Positions 25,401-53,054 of a DNA stretch of 64,000 nt are shown here, piece after piece. How positions within the stretch are numbered: position 1 is the first letter of the stretch; each line of letters begins with the position of its first letter. Source of the stretch: Paragordius varius (Eukaryota > Animalia > Nematomorpha). Location of the stretch: assembly GCA_964247055.1 (NCBI GenBank), contig OZ176051.1, positions 13,764,001-13,828,000 on the forward strand, written 5' to 3'. Under the pieces are notes generated by a model. It was given only the letters and a program-made list of their open reading frames with translations, was not told where the DNA came from and ran no database searches. A program made the translations under genes and the position numbers.

Positions 25401-27925
25401 TGTTCGCATTTTGGGCCCCGGTATATAAATGTATGCGTGGCTCTCGCATTCCGTATATACTTGAAAATATACACATCTAATTAGACTTATTTTATTTTTT
25501 TCTTTCAAATCTTACCATACTTTTTTAGCTGGAACCTAAATAGTTTATGTGCGCAAATGTTTCCATGCTTTGTTGTGAAAATTCTAAATTATTTTATTTT
25601 TATCTTAATCATAAATGATGATATTTAGTATATCAGAGAAACAGAATTAAATTTTTATATTTTTATATTAGGCAAAAAAAGAAAAACAATAGTTGGTAAC
25701 CATTATTAGAAAATATGATTGGAGAAGTCGGATAGCAAAAATTTAATTTACCAGAGTTCGAGTTAATATAGGATAAGTTTTTTACATTTTTCCACAATTT
25801 GATTTTATTTATTTTTAAATTCAAACCATAATATATATTATGGCCCTAAACTATAATTCAACCTGATTGTTATAGTTTTTAATTAATGAAAAACGTTTCT
25901 ATATAAAAGGATGTTTTGGCATCAATTATATCTTTGTGTCTCTCATGTTATCTACAAAAAATTTTTTATTATAAAAACCAAACCAATTAAATACATCCTA
26001 ACCATAAAATTTCTATCACACTTTGCATACCAATTATATGACTGTTAGATTTCATATTATGTCATACGCACAAAAATCTAATAAAAATTTGTCATAAAAA
26101 TAAAATACTATAAACCAAACAATAAAATGTTTTGAATTATATTTTACACCTAGCTACTTTAAATGTAAAATTATTAGTGCCACGTGCTCTTAGCCGGAAA
26201 ATAGCGTGTTTAGTTTTACTAAACTAACACAATATATAATAGATTTTTTCTTGTTTCCGAAAAAATCCGACCGGCTGCATTTGGAAAATATATGGGCATT
26301 AACAAATATTTTATTAGAATTCAAATCTAGAATGTAAAAACACTAATTATAGTATTTTTTGTTAGTTCATTGCCAACATTCGGGAAGTCATCAGGAAATT
26401 TGTTTAAAAAAGTACTTTTTTCTTAGATTTCGTAAAATTTTATTTTTAAAATTTCTCACGGGCCGCAGAAACATTTTGGAGGTGTCCGCAATAAAAATTA
26501 ACAAAATGAAGTACTCAAATACACAATAAACGTTAATTAAAAAATAAACAACTACATCATACAATTTTATCAAGTTTAATGAATTTTATATATCATAAGT
26601 TAACAATTTTACCGTATTCATTAAATTATAAATCAAAATATTTTAATGCATCTGTCACCATTGTGTCACACACATCACACCCAATAATAATATATAATAA
26701 ATTGAGAGAGGATTAGCGCAAAACATCACATATTATATTATCAAATATTAAATGCTTAATATATATATTATAATTGAAATCTTCAAATCAATAAATATAT
26801 TTATATATAAACGATTGTTGGTATAATACTATTTTTTTATTATATTTATATAATTTTTATCATGTATCAAGTTCATGGTCAGATTACAACATTACAGTAG
26901 GTATGTATAATTTATTTTAATAGATACTTGAAATTATAATTTGAAATTTTTCTTTTAAATTTCTTCCATTGCTATTTGAGCTTAAACGAAAGATTAATGT
27001 AATAATATAATATATAGATATTCGATAACTTTAAATTAATTTTATATTTAAATCTTAGTTGCCTTAATTTTATGGTAGGATTATCTGGCTTATTTTTTGA
27101 TTTGTTGTGCTTATAAATTTTGCTTCTTTTAATTGTTTGGATACACCGTGATTATATATGGTTATGTTTTTTAATAGAAGAAAATGAAAATTTTAGGTTA
27201 GGAGTTAATGTTATTGGGATAACTTAAGCGGAATTAATCAAACGCTTCATTATATTTAATTTAATAGAGTACTCAATTCAACCAATTTAAAAATAAGTAT
27301 GTTATCCAGAAAATCCAAAGTTAATATAAATCCATCTTAATTCAAATTTTTTAATATAAATGAATGCATCTCATTAGTTACAACATTTTTTATTCTAAGT
27401 GTATAAATTATTTAACTTTTTATGATCAACCTATTGTCAAAGTCTGTCTTGAAACCGGTTAAAATTTTACACTTTCAGGGACTTTTTAGGGAGTATTTGA
27501 TTCATTTCTTTGGCCTCTAACTATAAATGAAGATAAAAACGGTATCATGTTTAAGAACCCGACAAATTAATTTTCTACTTTACTTTTGTTTTATAAATTT
27601 ATGGAAGGTGGTTGAAAAAACCCACTTTAAAATGCTCAATCATAAATTAGGATCAAAGCAATCGACATATTTTAATCGTAGTAATTTTTAAATATTTACA
27701 AAAATTTAAAATTTATATTTTGGATTATGTGTATTTATCGTTTGGAATTCACATTAGGCACTTTTTCCAAATTCTTAATAAAATGCAAATATCAAACAAT
27801 TTAACTCACAGTTAATTAAATTGTGAGACAAAAAATTATTTTGGAGGATAAATAAGCAAAATCGCTTTGGGTTTGGCTTTTTATATTACTGTTGGCAGAA
27901 ACGATTTTATATTAATATGTTTAAG

Positions 27926-28067
27926 AGGTAGGGCGCCGGACCCTTCCACTCAAACCCCGAACGGAATGATTTTATTAGCCTGTTAAAGTTTTCACAATCC
28001 TTTTAAACACAATTTCAGCCTCCTTGTCCTATAAAAAGGAAAAAAGTAACTCGGTGTATATTTTTTT
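27926..28067 (+). mobile_element. Degenerate, internally deleted copy of tRNA-derived SINE
   Basis: Head aggtagggcgccggaccc..aaccccgaa and tail ataaaaaggaaaaaag..tgtatatttttt match 45272-45470. Confidence 0.55.
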
Positions 28068-28299
28068 ATGTTTTATAGTAAACATGCTCAAAAGGCGCAT
28101 CACTGTCAATTAGACCTGGTTAGTTTTAAAGCTTTTGCAAGTCCTGAATACAATTTTAGCTAACCTTTTATTAAAGTAGTTAAAAAGCGCCTCTAAAGCT
28201 ATATATTTTTACTATTAAAAATGTGAAATATATACAGGTGGGTATGATATATAACAAAGTTTTTCCATAATTAGAACTTCATAACCTTTTTACATTTTT

Positions 28300-28760
28300 G
28301 TTTGCGATGACAGAGCTTAATCTAGTAAATAAACTATTGAAATTTGTTTTAATTATCTAATATTTAATATTATTCTACTGTACTAAACATAAAAGCTTAT
28401 ATTTTTTACAATTTTGTAACTTCTAGAGACCAAATAAAGACAGCTCCAAAAGACGATTGCAATAAACAGCTGATTTTAAAATAAAAAATTATCACGTTTT
28501 TTCTGATCAAATTTCCCCGGAAAGCCTACTTAAGTTAATTTGCATTTTTTAAAAATATATACATTTATTTGTCTGTAGCGATTTAAAAAAAAAGAAGAAA
28601 AAAATGGCGGTGAAAAAGTTGAGATGAGGATTTTTTTGCCATTTTACATTTTTGTGAATAAATATTTTTGAGAATGTTCCTTATAAGACTAAAGAAAACA
28701 TATTTTTTAATTCAGCCTAATACCTTTAATTTTAAAGATATTTGAATTTCGTATCGCTTG
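28300..28760 (+). repeat. Dispersed repeat family (core gacagctccaaaa.acgattg.aa..aacagctgat..aaaatggcgg); unclassified DNA-transposon-like
   Basis: Similar copies at ~51290-51590 (+), ~56660-56990 (+), ~45620-45990 (-), ~48120-48370 (-) and partially ~7050-7320 (-). Termini not resolved. Confidence 0.7.
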
Positions 28761-30896
28761 GGGATAAAAACAACCCCAAAAAGCCATGAAATGTTAACAA
28801 AATTTTAAGGATAAAAGAACGTTTAATATTAGAGAATAATATTTGTTGTTTTTACCATATGAAACTGTAAATACACAAAATATTGATATGTGCTTTTTCC
28901 CCAATAAATCTATCGTATACTCACCATAGAAAAGTAAATTGAAAATATGGCTAAAATAGTAAAACCGTTTTGAATCGCTGTTTAAAAAGCTATTGGCTTT
29001 TAAAAAAGTGATTATTGAGCCAATACCTAATTATAATATGGAAAATATTAATCAAATCGTTAAAATTTTATTATTATTAAAAAATAATCTGTAAAATTTT
29101 ACTAAAGATTGTTTAAAGGACAAGGTAAATCGCTTATATCTATTATTAAAAAAATAATGCAATTGTTAGTCTAGGCCAGTGGTACTCAAACCTCGGCTCG
29201 CATGCGGCCCTAAGAATGCTTTAAAATTGCCCCATGACCATATTGATACTTAAATTATTTTTTTATTGATGAATTTTACTATACACATGGACGAATATTC
29301 GCTTAATTTAATATAAATTTATTTCTTTAGATCTAATTTGGTAATTTTTTTTACCCAATTTAAACTGTAGAAAAATTTTCCTACATTAAAAAGATTTCAA
29401 AATTTTGGCAGACGTTGTTTCTGTATTCTATTTTCTTTTTATTTTGAAACATGTATTGCATTCCTTTTTTGTATTTAAGCAAACTTTTCATCCAAACTTG
29501 CATATACATATTCTTTTCATTGCTATTCTGCATCATTCTTTATAACTCATTCCCATAAAACATTTTTCAAATCAACATCATTAAATTTCGACCGATTTTT
29601 TTATAACATAATTCAAATTATATTCCTATTTTTTTATAAAATTTACATAAAATTTAAACATAAATTCAAAGGATGACAATGAAATGTAAATTATCCGATG
29701 AAAATCGCTTCTTTAAAAAAGAATTGGAAGAAAAATTATAGGTCGTTTTAAATATAAATTTTGTTACCTGCCTTATATGAAAGGACAACATAATTATAAA
29801 AAATACAATATTGAAAGACATTTTACAATCCATCATTCCCATAAATTACCAGAAAATCACAAGTAAAGAAAAAAAAATAAAAAAACTAACTCTTGGTGCT
29901 ACGCAGCTCGAGAAATCTTTCTTACTTCTTAAGGGGGAGGGGGGCAAATTTTTTGCCTTTATACGCAATCTGCACTCTTATTCAATTTATTATGATCTCA
30001 TAATTTTGGTGAAAAATAGCCTTAAAAACATATTGTTGAGCGAGTTTGATACTAAAAAGGCCCCAAGCACACCAAATTTCAACAATGTTAACAAAAATAT
30101 TTATTTAGCAATGATCTTAGTATAAAAACATAAGCAATTATTGGGTGAAACGTGCGAAAAAGGTTTATTTTTGACATCAGGTATGGCTTCTTAAGTTTTT
30201 TGAAAATTAGGTCCAAAACCACGCCATTTTTGTATGACCTCTTAGTTTTAAACCAATAAACCCCTACCCATAGACCTATATGGAAAATGCTCTGAGTTAA
30301 ATTCTTTGCCTTTATAGGAAATATTTGATTATCTTTGATACCATCGTCTCATGGGTTATTCGAAAAAATACCTCAACACTAAGTAATCGTTATTGATGGC
30401 TTATTTTTAGGGCATAAGAGCTCCAAATTAACAGTTGATAAAAAACCCGGACCTTCTTTGCCTAATTACAGGTAATATTTCAAGCTTTTAATGAGCTCCC
30501 ATGGCTTCAAATTTCAGTATAGCTTCAAAACATCGCAATTGCTATATAGGGCGCAGTTTTTGGCGGGTAGTTCCTTACCCAGGGGCAGATAAAAATGCGT
30601 TCGGGAAAATTTTTGCCTTCATATGGGGAATATCTGGAATTATGGATTCCATATGTTCCCATTTGAATCATAGTTTTTCTGAAATTCAAACGCATGTTGC
30701 ATCGATATGTGATGCAGTTGTTGGCGGGTAGCCCCCTACCCAGAGGCCAATATAAAAAAGACGTTCGATAAAAAAATTTGCCTTATAGGCGAAGTCATCA
30801 TTCATTCCATATGTTCTTACTTGTTTATGGAAGAATGGCTATAAAACTAAATAATGGTTCAATGATAGGGCTTTTTTTAGGGCGTAAAGGGCTTAT

Positions 30897-30918
30897 TGTG
30901 TGTGTGTGTGTGTGTGTG
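30897..30918. repeat. (TG)n microsatellite
   Basis: Direct inspection. (AT)n tracts also occur at ~6221-6242, 17385-17404, 32693-32725, 59007-59036, 62148-62170 and 62933-62954. Confidence 0.9.
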
Positions 30919-32689
30919 AACTACCTATTTTTTATATATTTTTAAATGAATTAAATCAAAATTATACTGAAAAACTAATAAACAATGTCATAAAGATATA
31001 TTTTATATTAATAATAAGTTATATTAGTTCGAAAACAAATAATATATTTTTAGGGAGAATTTGAATTGTATATGCTATATCATCTTAAATTTAAATATTT
31101 TCTTTTAAATTAATTATACTTACATTTTGGCAAATTGATAAACTACTTTAAAAACGGGTTTACCCCAAATTCGGCACATTATATATATTGTTGCATATTA
31201 TATGTTTATTATATTAAATTAAAAAATATTTAATAATTAAGGGCATACAAATTTTAAAAATCTTAGATTTAGCCCACATAAAAATATAGTAACATTACTT
31301 TTGCAGTTAATTTATAACAGAAATATTGGACCTTTTTTAATATAATAATTGTGTTATAATTATAAGACTTTAAAACCTTTATACAAAAAAAATAATTTTT
31401 GTAGATTCTAGCGAGATTGTATACTTTGGACATTTTGGGAGTTTTTTTAATTTTTATATTTTTGATAGTTCACCAGCTTTTAAAATGTGAAATAATTTAC
31501 GGGTCAAGTTGCATACAAAGGAAATACAAAAATTACTTTGAGACGGTTTTTGAAATTATTCATTAGATATTCTTATTTTTGAATCTTAAAGATCTAAAGC
31601 CTTAGACAAAGATAAAGTGCATATATTTTAGGTTTATATTTAGGATTTATATACATTATAAAGCTTCTGTGCAAAAAGAAGATAAATAATTTGTAAATTA
31701 TATAGGGGCTATTAAAAAATTTGATTATTTAAAGCGCTTAATTTTAGCAGACTAGCTTCTTAACTCTGCGGAAATCGGAATGATAAAATTATATGTTTCT
31801 ATTTTTTATTATATAACATTTATGGTTTTATAAAGTTTTTCTCACGTTTAAAGTAAAATTATTTAATAATTTTGTTATACATTTTATTTAAAACGCTCAA
31901 ATTTTATCCGTCTCAGGTACCGCACGAGTTAATCATATGTTACTACCAAAAAAGTTAAGAAACGAGTGTGCGAAAGGTAAGTGTTTTTTACACCTGCTTT
32001 GATAGAGAGATTTTTTTAAGAGGTCCCATATACATTTACAAATATTTTTGAAATGCTTTTAATTTTATTTTAATAGGTGCGATTTTTGAAATTTATACGC
32101 TTTATACCTCTATATATCAATGCTTATTAAGATTAAACAAGCCTATAAATTATATATTTTATTTAATATTATTTATTTCATTTAGCCAATTTGATTCATA
32201 AATAAAAATATTAAGAAAAATTTCTAAAAATATTTGACAATCATAATTACCTGAATATTTCGGATTTGGGCGTGTAAGTTTTTCTAAAAAATGCGAAAAT
32301 TAGAAAACCTACATTTCCCCAATTCTGGCATACACACTGTGATATATAAATTATTTACCTTAGTAAAATGCAATACTTAACCCATAAATTTATACTTTTT
32401 TTGTGATGAAGATAAAAATCCAATTAGTTATTAATTTACCACTACCTGTATAATTTTTCCAATAAAATTTTACAACAAAAAGAGGTTATTACCCATTTCA
32501 CGGCTTAAAGAGTTGTATTCTCTGGATTCTTTTTTATTATTTCTAACAAACTATTACTTCATTGTATTTTTTATTGATTTATAATTTATTTTGGTTGCAA
32601 TTTATAAAGCGTTTATCGGGGATAATTTTTTGTGTTTTTTTGATCATTTTTAGGTCTGTCTATACGTTATTTGTTTTTGCTGTTTTTAA

Positions 32690-32729
<40 letters not shown>

Positions 32730-33979
32730 TGAAAACTGTTAACAATAAAATTTCATACATCATAGAAATATTAACGATATTTTCCAAGGTGGCATCTTAA
32801 TTTGCAAGATATTTTATTTCAAGAAGAAACCACATGATTGATGGATTAATGCATTCTATACTTTGATATGTCAGCATATTAAAAATATATATATTTATAT
32901 ATTCATTTAATTATTTTTCTTGGCAAATATTTAGGAGGTGTTGTTGTCTAAATATATATGTAAGACATTTATCACAAATTTATAATAATAATAATAGAGA
33001 ACACCGTTGGTTGTTACTTTCAAGTATTAAACATGCGCACTCTTTTTCCGTGCGTTAGACATTATTTTGCTCTATTTAATAAAACACGTATTTGTGTGCT
33101 TTTACCAACTTCGCTAATTTTATATCTTTTTGAGATAACTTTTGATGTGGTGTTATGTGCTCAAAGGCTTCTAATTTTTTTTATTTTCATATATCTTATT
33201 CCTAATATCATTGTTTTAGAAACAAAATCAATTCATTGAGACCGAAGACAATAATAAAATAATTTCTCATAAAAGATTTTTTTGATTGTGAAAGCTGAAT
33301 ATATATGGATATAATTCATGAAAATCACATCATATCAAATCAAATTAAAACTGTTAGAACAGAAAAGATAGATTTGAACTCAAGATAATCGTTTGTCATG
33401 CTAATTTTGGTGTCAAAATATGGTGTCGTCTCAATTATATTTCTTTCTAATATTTATTCCGTTTCATCCTGATTGATTTTAATCAAGATATATATATGTT
33501 TGGACATTACTACAATGATATATACCACTTAAAAATGGAAAATTGAACATCTTAAAACATACATATTGCCAACCATTATAAATAATGACACTATTCTAAA
33601 TATTTAACAAAATTTCAAACCTTTGGTGCGATTTTAATCAATGATAATTTTGGAAAAATAAAAAAAACATGACATGTTGAAACTCTAAAAGTGGTATAAA
33701 ACGTATTTTTTACAATTTTTCCAATCAGCCTTATTATGTTTTGTGTAATATATTGCACTGCTATATATGAGGTTATTTAGTCATTTGTCGAAAGTATTTT
33801 TTAAATATATTGTCAATATTTTACGAATCGTATATGGATATTAAAAACGACACTGTTTTGTTGAAATACTTCTAAGACAGGACAACAACCAAAATTATCA
33901 TAAAAAATCTATTATCATTAAAATTCTAATAGAAGCGATCATTTTAGGCATAATCCAATAAAAAAAGTATTTCATAACA

Positions 33980-47276
<13,297 letters not shown>

Positions 47277-47627
47277 ACCAACAAACAGACAGACACATGT
47301 CATATATTAAACTTTTGGTGGAATTAAAAAATGCGCATGTTTTAGACCCCCCTTAGCCCCTACGCCCTTTAATTATTCTTTACGAAATAATTTATATAGT
47401 AAATAGATATATAACAATTTATATATTTAGTGAATAAATGCAATAAATATATATGATACAGATATATCATTATTTTAAATGTGGTATCGTTTATAATTAG
47501 ATTCCAGGTTAGGAAACATTTTATCATCATATACTATCAGTATGTACCATGCTATATTAAATTAACAAAATTTATGATATCTGGTAATTTTGTTTTTTCC
47601 TTCTTAAATTATACTAATTGTTTAATG

Positions 47628-47818
47628 AAGTGATGTCGAACACGCCGCCCTCTGAGGCATTTGCGGCCCGCAAAAAATTAAAAATTCATATTTTGCAAAA
47701 ATATTTTTACAAATCTTAATAACTGATATTTTTAAAACAATTTTTCTGATTGAGTTAATAATTGACAAACTCAAAAATGTTATATTTGCAGTGCGACCCG
47801 CCGGGGTTGGATACCCTA
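47628..47818. mobile_element. Short hAT MITE, GCGGCCCGC family
   Basis: Internal gcatttgcggcccgc and end ggttggatacccta. TSD GTTTAATG / GGTTAATG (7/8) at 47620-47627 and 47819-47826. Confidence 0.6.
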
Positions 47819-50561
47819 GGTTAATGGAATAGAAAATATATTTAAATTTAACTTATATTCTCCCAATTATACTGATAACAAAAATTATTATTTAGCCGGC
47901 AGTTCGATCCCAAGAATTAGTTGTGTTCAGTTCAAAAGCAGAAGTAGCCGGTTTATTATTTCGACATAAAAACACAAAAATATACTAAAATTAATTTTTT
48001 GACATCTAAATTTTAACCCATTAGAAAACAAATTATAGTTTTAGTTTCCTATATCGGATTTTTATTATATTAGCACTCCATGACCTTTTGGGGTAATTTT
48101 ATATCCAGCGAATTAAAATTTGAAATTTTAATAAGTATTTTTTTAGGCCGAAAACAAAGTAAAATTTATTTACCCTTTTAGGCACCTCATAATGTTTAAA
48201 TTTTTTCGGCCATTTCTATTATTTTTTAAATCGCTAAGCAACAGGCAAATAAATGTATATTATGGTTAGAAAATGTAAAATATCAATAAGCTTTCAACCT
48301 ACATTTTACCAACAAAAATCTGATATATTTTGATTTTAATATAAGCTATTTGTTTTAATTGTTTTTGGTAAAAGTTTTTATTTAATTGAGTACAATACAA
48401 TGTTTAATAATTAAATTATATTTAAAATATTTTTCAAAACAGTAGTCTATCTACATAGCTCTGAAAAATAAACCTATTCCAATATGTCAACTATGACAAA
48501 AAAGTGAAAAAGTCATGAAGTGTTAAAATTAAATGCACTAAATGATTTTTATGATAAGTATTCAGAAAATCGGAGTTTTTGTTTTAAGCTTTAATTATAC
48601 GTTTTTTAAATTTTAAATATTTTACTGTGTATACCAGTGTCAAACCTCGGCCCTACGAAGCGTATGCGGACCTAGAAGTTTATAATCCAATATTCATACT
48701 AAATTATTTTTAGTTAAATCATTGATATAGTTGAATTTAAACTGATCTTAGATTTTAAATTAATGTATTTAAAAATTAACTTAACATCATGTATTCTCAA
48801 TTCTAAATCCATATGTTAGCTCATCAGCAAAATTTAGTTTTTTATAAACGATCTCTCATTCACAGTAAAATTGGAGGCATATTTTACTATTCAAGGCATC
48901 ATAACTATATGTCGTTCATTAAATCTGAGAGTTGGATAATATGGAAATAATCTTTTTTACTTTATATATAGCCCACTATGTGCCATTATAGATGTCTTCG
49001 TACCACTTTCTGTTTTCTTTTATAAATTAATAAAAGGAAATATTAAAAAAAATGTATCACAGTAAAAATTGATTTTAAAATACCTCTGTACATTCAATTC
49101 AATTTTTTAATTATCGATTGTTTTAATTGCAAAATATTGAGTATAAAGTGTAAATTGGTAACACAATCAATTTGCAATTTACGATTATTTTAGATAGTTT
49201 TAGATTAGTCTTTTATTTTTACGTTATATATTAATATTTTTTAACTTTATGGTCACGGCCCTTGGGGCAAAAAATATTTTATTTTGCTTGGTAAATTATT
49301 TTGGTGTGCACCACTAGATAAACCCTTAAAACTCAGTTGATTTGAAAATTATCCTTATATTAAACAAATATGATAACCTACCGTTTCTTACTACACAATT
49401 TAAGAATAATAATATTGATTTACCAAAAAAAAATTTAAGTACAGGAGGTCATTAAATACCAATTTTACAAATATTGTTAAGCATTGATTATTGAAGAGTT
49501 TATAAAAATCATAAACAACCCTACTTAAGGTTCAAACAAACATCTCTTCAAACATTTTTTTAAAAAATCAACCAATTTTATAGGATAAAATGATGAAATA
49601 TTTCGAAAAAAATCAAAAATTGAACTCCAATCAAAATAAAAAAACCAAGTTTATTATGATATATATGTTTATAACGAGCTAAATGTTTCGGATAAGCATA
49701 GTTCGCTGTACTTTAGTCTCTACTTTCCAATCCTATATAAGGCTAACTCAAATTTTTAATTTATCCACTATTATTTCGTTGCATTTACCCTTACTACTTC
49801 TTAACCGTCTTCGCAAGGTAAAATTTTTTAACATCAAATATATAAATATGAAATTGACCTTTTTTGCCGGCTGTTTTTTTTGAGTTTTTTCCAAACTAAA
49901 ACGTAGGCCTAATTTCGATTATACAGTGGTGTGACAAGCATCTAAAGCGTCTGGTTTACGAGTTTTGTTGGCATCAAAAAATAACTCAAATTCAAAAATA
50001 TATGACGCCCCATGGATCAAATAGAATAAATATTTATATTTCATTCCTTGAGGCCTCTGTGCAAAATAGGATAAGTTATGCACCGCCAATCAATGATACT
50101 TTTTTCTACATTTATTTTAGTGATGGATATTATTTAGTTTGGGATTTGAATAGGTTCTTTCGTAGCTAAGCTATGGCTTTTTAGTCATCTTGAAAAATAT
50201 GGAGGTTGTATACTTTATTAGCTTGTACATACATATCTAGTCTAATACAATAAATGGCCAAAATAAGGCATAAAAAGGTATAGAATTTTATGCTAGTTTT
50301 TTACATGCGATATTTGGGTTCTAATTTGTAAATTAATATGTATTGATTGACCTTTAGCCTTTTAAACAGCCACTAAAATAAAATTTAGTTTTTAGCGGCC
50401 AATTTTCTATATCTAGAAATTTTTTTTGCCACACATTTGACTTTTCTTGATTATTTCAAGGCAAATATCTATAGTAAACAATAATAATTGATAAATATAT
50501 AGGTTATTGTTCGGTATACTTACCAATTTTAATTTAGCTGAAACATCGCTAGAAAGCAAAC

Positions 50562-53054
50562 ATGAAAAGTTCCTTGATTATTTTGCTTATTGTTGGGATT
50601 TTCTGCGCCTACCAATTGAAAGCTGGTATATACTTTACGAATATAGGAATATTACTTTTAATACAATTTTCGCTTCATAGCAAATTATATCTATTCGTAA
50701 ATTTTAAATCACTTTTCATTCTTCAAACATAAAATTGCGCCATATTTCAAATATTTACTGATACAAAAATCTGTATATTGATAAAAACATATTATTTTGA
50801 CACTATCTTTATCACCTATCTAATATTATTTGGTGTGTTTTACAGTACCCATTTTGTTGATTGAATAAAATAACGTATAAAACAAATTTCGACCATATAC
50901 AAATAGGAAATAAAATGTTGTACGATATGAAAAAATGAATTTTAACCGTTTGTTGTCTTTAGCGCACGCTACTGTATTGCCGCCTTGCAATAACGTGGTG
51001 GCTACTGTAATTTATGGGATATAAATATTATTTTACAAGCGGACAACAATTTATTCAAACATAATTTTTTAACGAATAAAATTGAGTTTGGAACAGATGA
51101 CATGATTTGTCATTATTAACCTTTAATTACCTTACTTTTTTGTCCTATTTTACCTTTTGGGAAAGTTTTATAGCGAGCTCAATTTTGTTAAACTAGAGGT
51201 TTGAAAGTTATTTTAGTTTAATTAAATTATCACACATTGTTCTCATATATTAATTAAAAAATAGTGTTTTGCGATTCCTAGAGTATAAAATTGGGACAGC
51301 TCCAAAACACGATTGAAACGAACAGCTGATATTTAAATTAATATCAAGTTTTTGCTGGTAAAATGACGCCTGTATGCTTCTCATAAATTAATTACATTTT
51401 CTAACCATATATAGTTTATTTGTCTGTTGCATTAGCGATTCAAAAAAAATTTAAAAAAAAAATGGAGGCAAAATAGTTTGAGATGAGAATATTTTTACTT
51501 TTACAATGTTTTATAAAAAAATGTATAATTCGCCTAAAAGGCTAAAGTAACCATATTTTTACATTCGATCCAATATCCTAAATTTTTATAATCATATTTA
51601 ATTGCTCCAAAATATGAAACTACCCCAAACGATAATGAAGTGAATACAGAAAATAAAATGGTCAGTTAATGTATAAACGGAACAATTTTCATGGCACCAT
51701 TTTCCAACAAAGTTCAGCCATTAAAAACGAAAATAGTTTTATTCATAATTGATGTAAACTTGTTTTTTAAATACCATAACTTCTTATTATTATTGGTTTG
51801 GTTATTGTTATAAAAAATACTGTAAATGTAAATATTTCACCATAAATATAACCAAAAAAATATTTCCAAACATATTTATAAAGGAAAAGAGAACCGAATG
51901 ATTATCTCTATATAAATAAAAGATTCTAAAATTTGTGGCATTATATATTTTTTTCTATACAAAAACTTGATCAAAATGGATTTTAAAGCATTCAACTAAT
52001 TCAAAATTTTTGCTCGTAGTATCATTTATTTTGGATTTAAATATATGGATCACACTCTATATATATTTAGATGTCACACCTACTAATTCGGTCACTACTG
52101 AGGTTAGAAAGTTTATTATTATGCTATTTATATTAAATATGTTAGGAAAATACCAATTTAAGACATGCACATTTTATCAATTAAAATACTTTTTAACCTT
52201 TTATCAAGTAAATAGCTGTATTACACAGAGCACTTAATAAAATATATTATGTATTATCGAAAAATGCAACAGGATTCTCATTGTGCTTTTAGTATTGGTG
52301 TTAACAAATTTTAGACTATAATTTCTTGGTTATTGGTCCATATCGAAAATAAAAATTTTTGCATATACTAATATTTTTTATTAAAGCTATATGCTCCATT
52401 CTAAAATAATCATCAATATCATAAACTAACTATACTTAAAAAGCGAAATAATATAATATTAAATTTTTTTTGTAAATTTAAGCTATGAAATTTCAAATTT
52501 TTGGATGCCTCTAAAATGGTCACATATTTTTTTCAAATAAACTCAAAAATGCCATGATTTTCCGCAAATTTAAAAAATGCAAATCTTTGTAAAAATTATT
52601 AATTTTTATCATTTTGATGAACCGTATTTTATATTGGAGCGTTTGAAATGAAACCTTTAGTTTTCACCAAAAAAAATATGTTTAGAAAATGTGCTTGGTA
52701 AATTTCATTATTCATAGACATATGAATCCTGAAATATATCAATCAGAATCGGAATGTATTCACCAAGATGTTTCTTTGAATTCGTGCACTGTGATTTGTT
52801 AATTAAATCTTTTATATGGTTATTAGTAACCGTTCTTCGTAAAAACACATTTATTGCCTTAACAAATTAAAGGATGCACATGATAAAATATGTGTTTTAT
52901 ATAAAACAAGTGACTTTTTTAATCCAGAATTAAAAATTATGTGTTTTTCTATAAGGCACCAGCTACCTCATCAGTCAACGAAACTGTCCTTCCTGAGAAT
53001 GTGACAGAACCGATTGTAAGCACACCAATTCCGCCCACCCCGACAGTCAATTGA
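50562..53054 (+). CDS. Putative small secreted Thr/Pro-rich (mucin-like) peptide; exons 50562-50625, 52071-52102, 52956-53054 (64 aa)
   Basis: Three islands with canonical splice sites join in phase (1,0) to give MKSSLIILLIVGIFCAYQLKA-DVTPTNSVTTEAPATSSVNETVLPENVTEPIVSTPIPPTPTVN*: a typical signal peptide followed by a T/P/S/V-rich tail with two N-x-T sequons. Confidence 0.55.
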
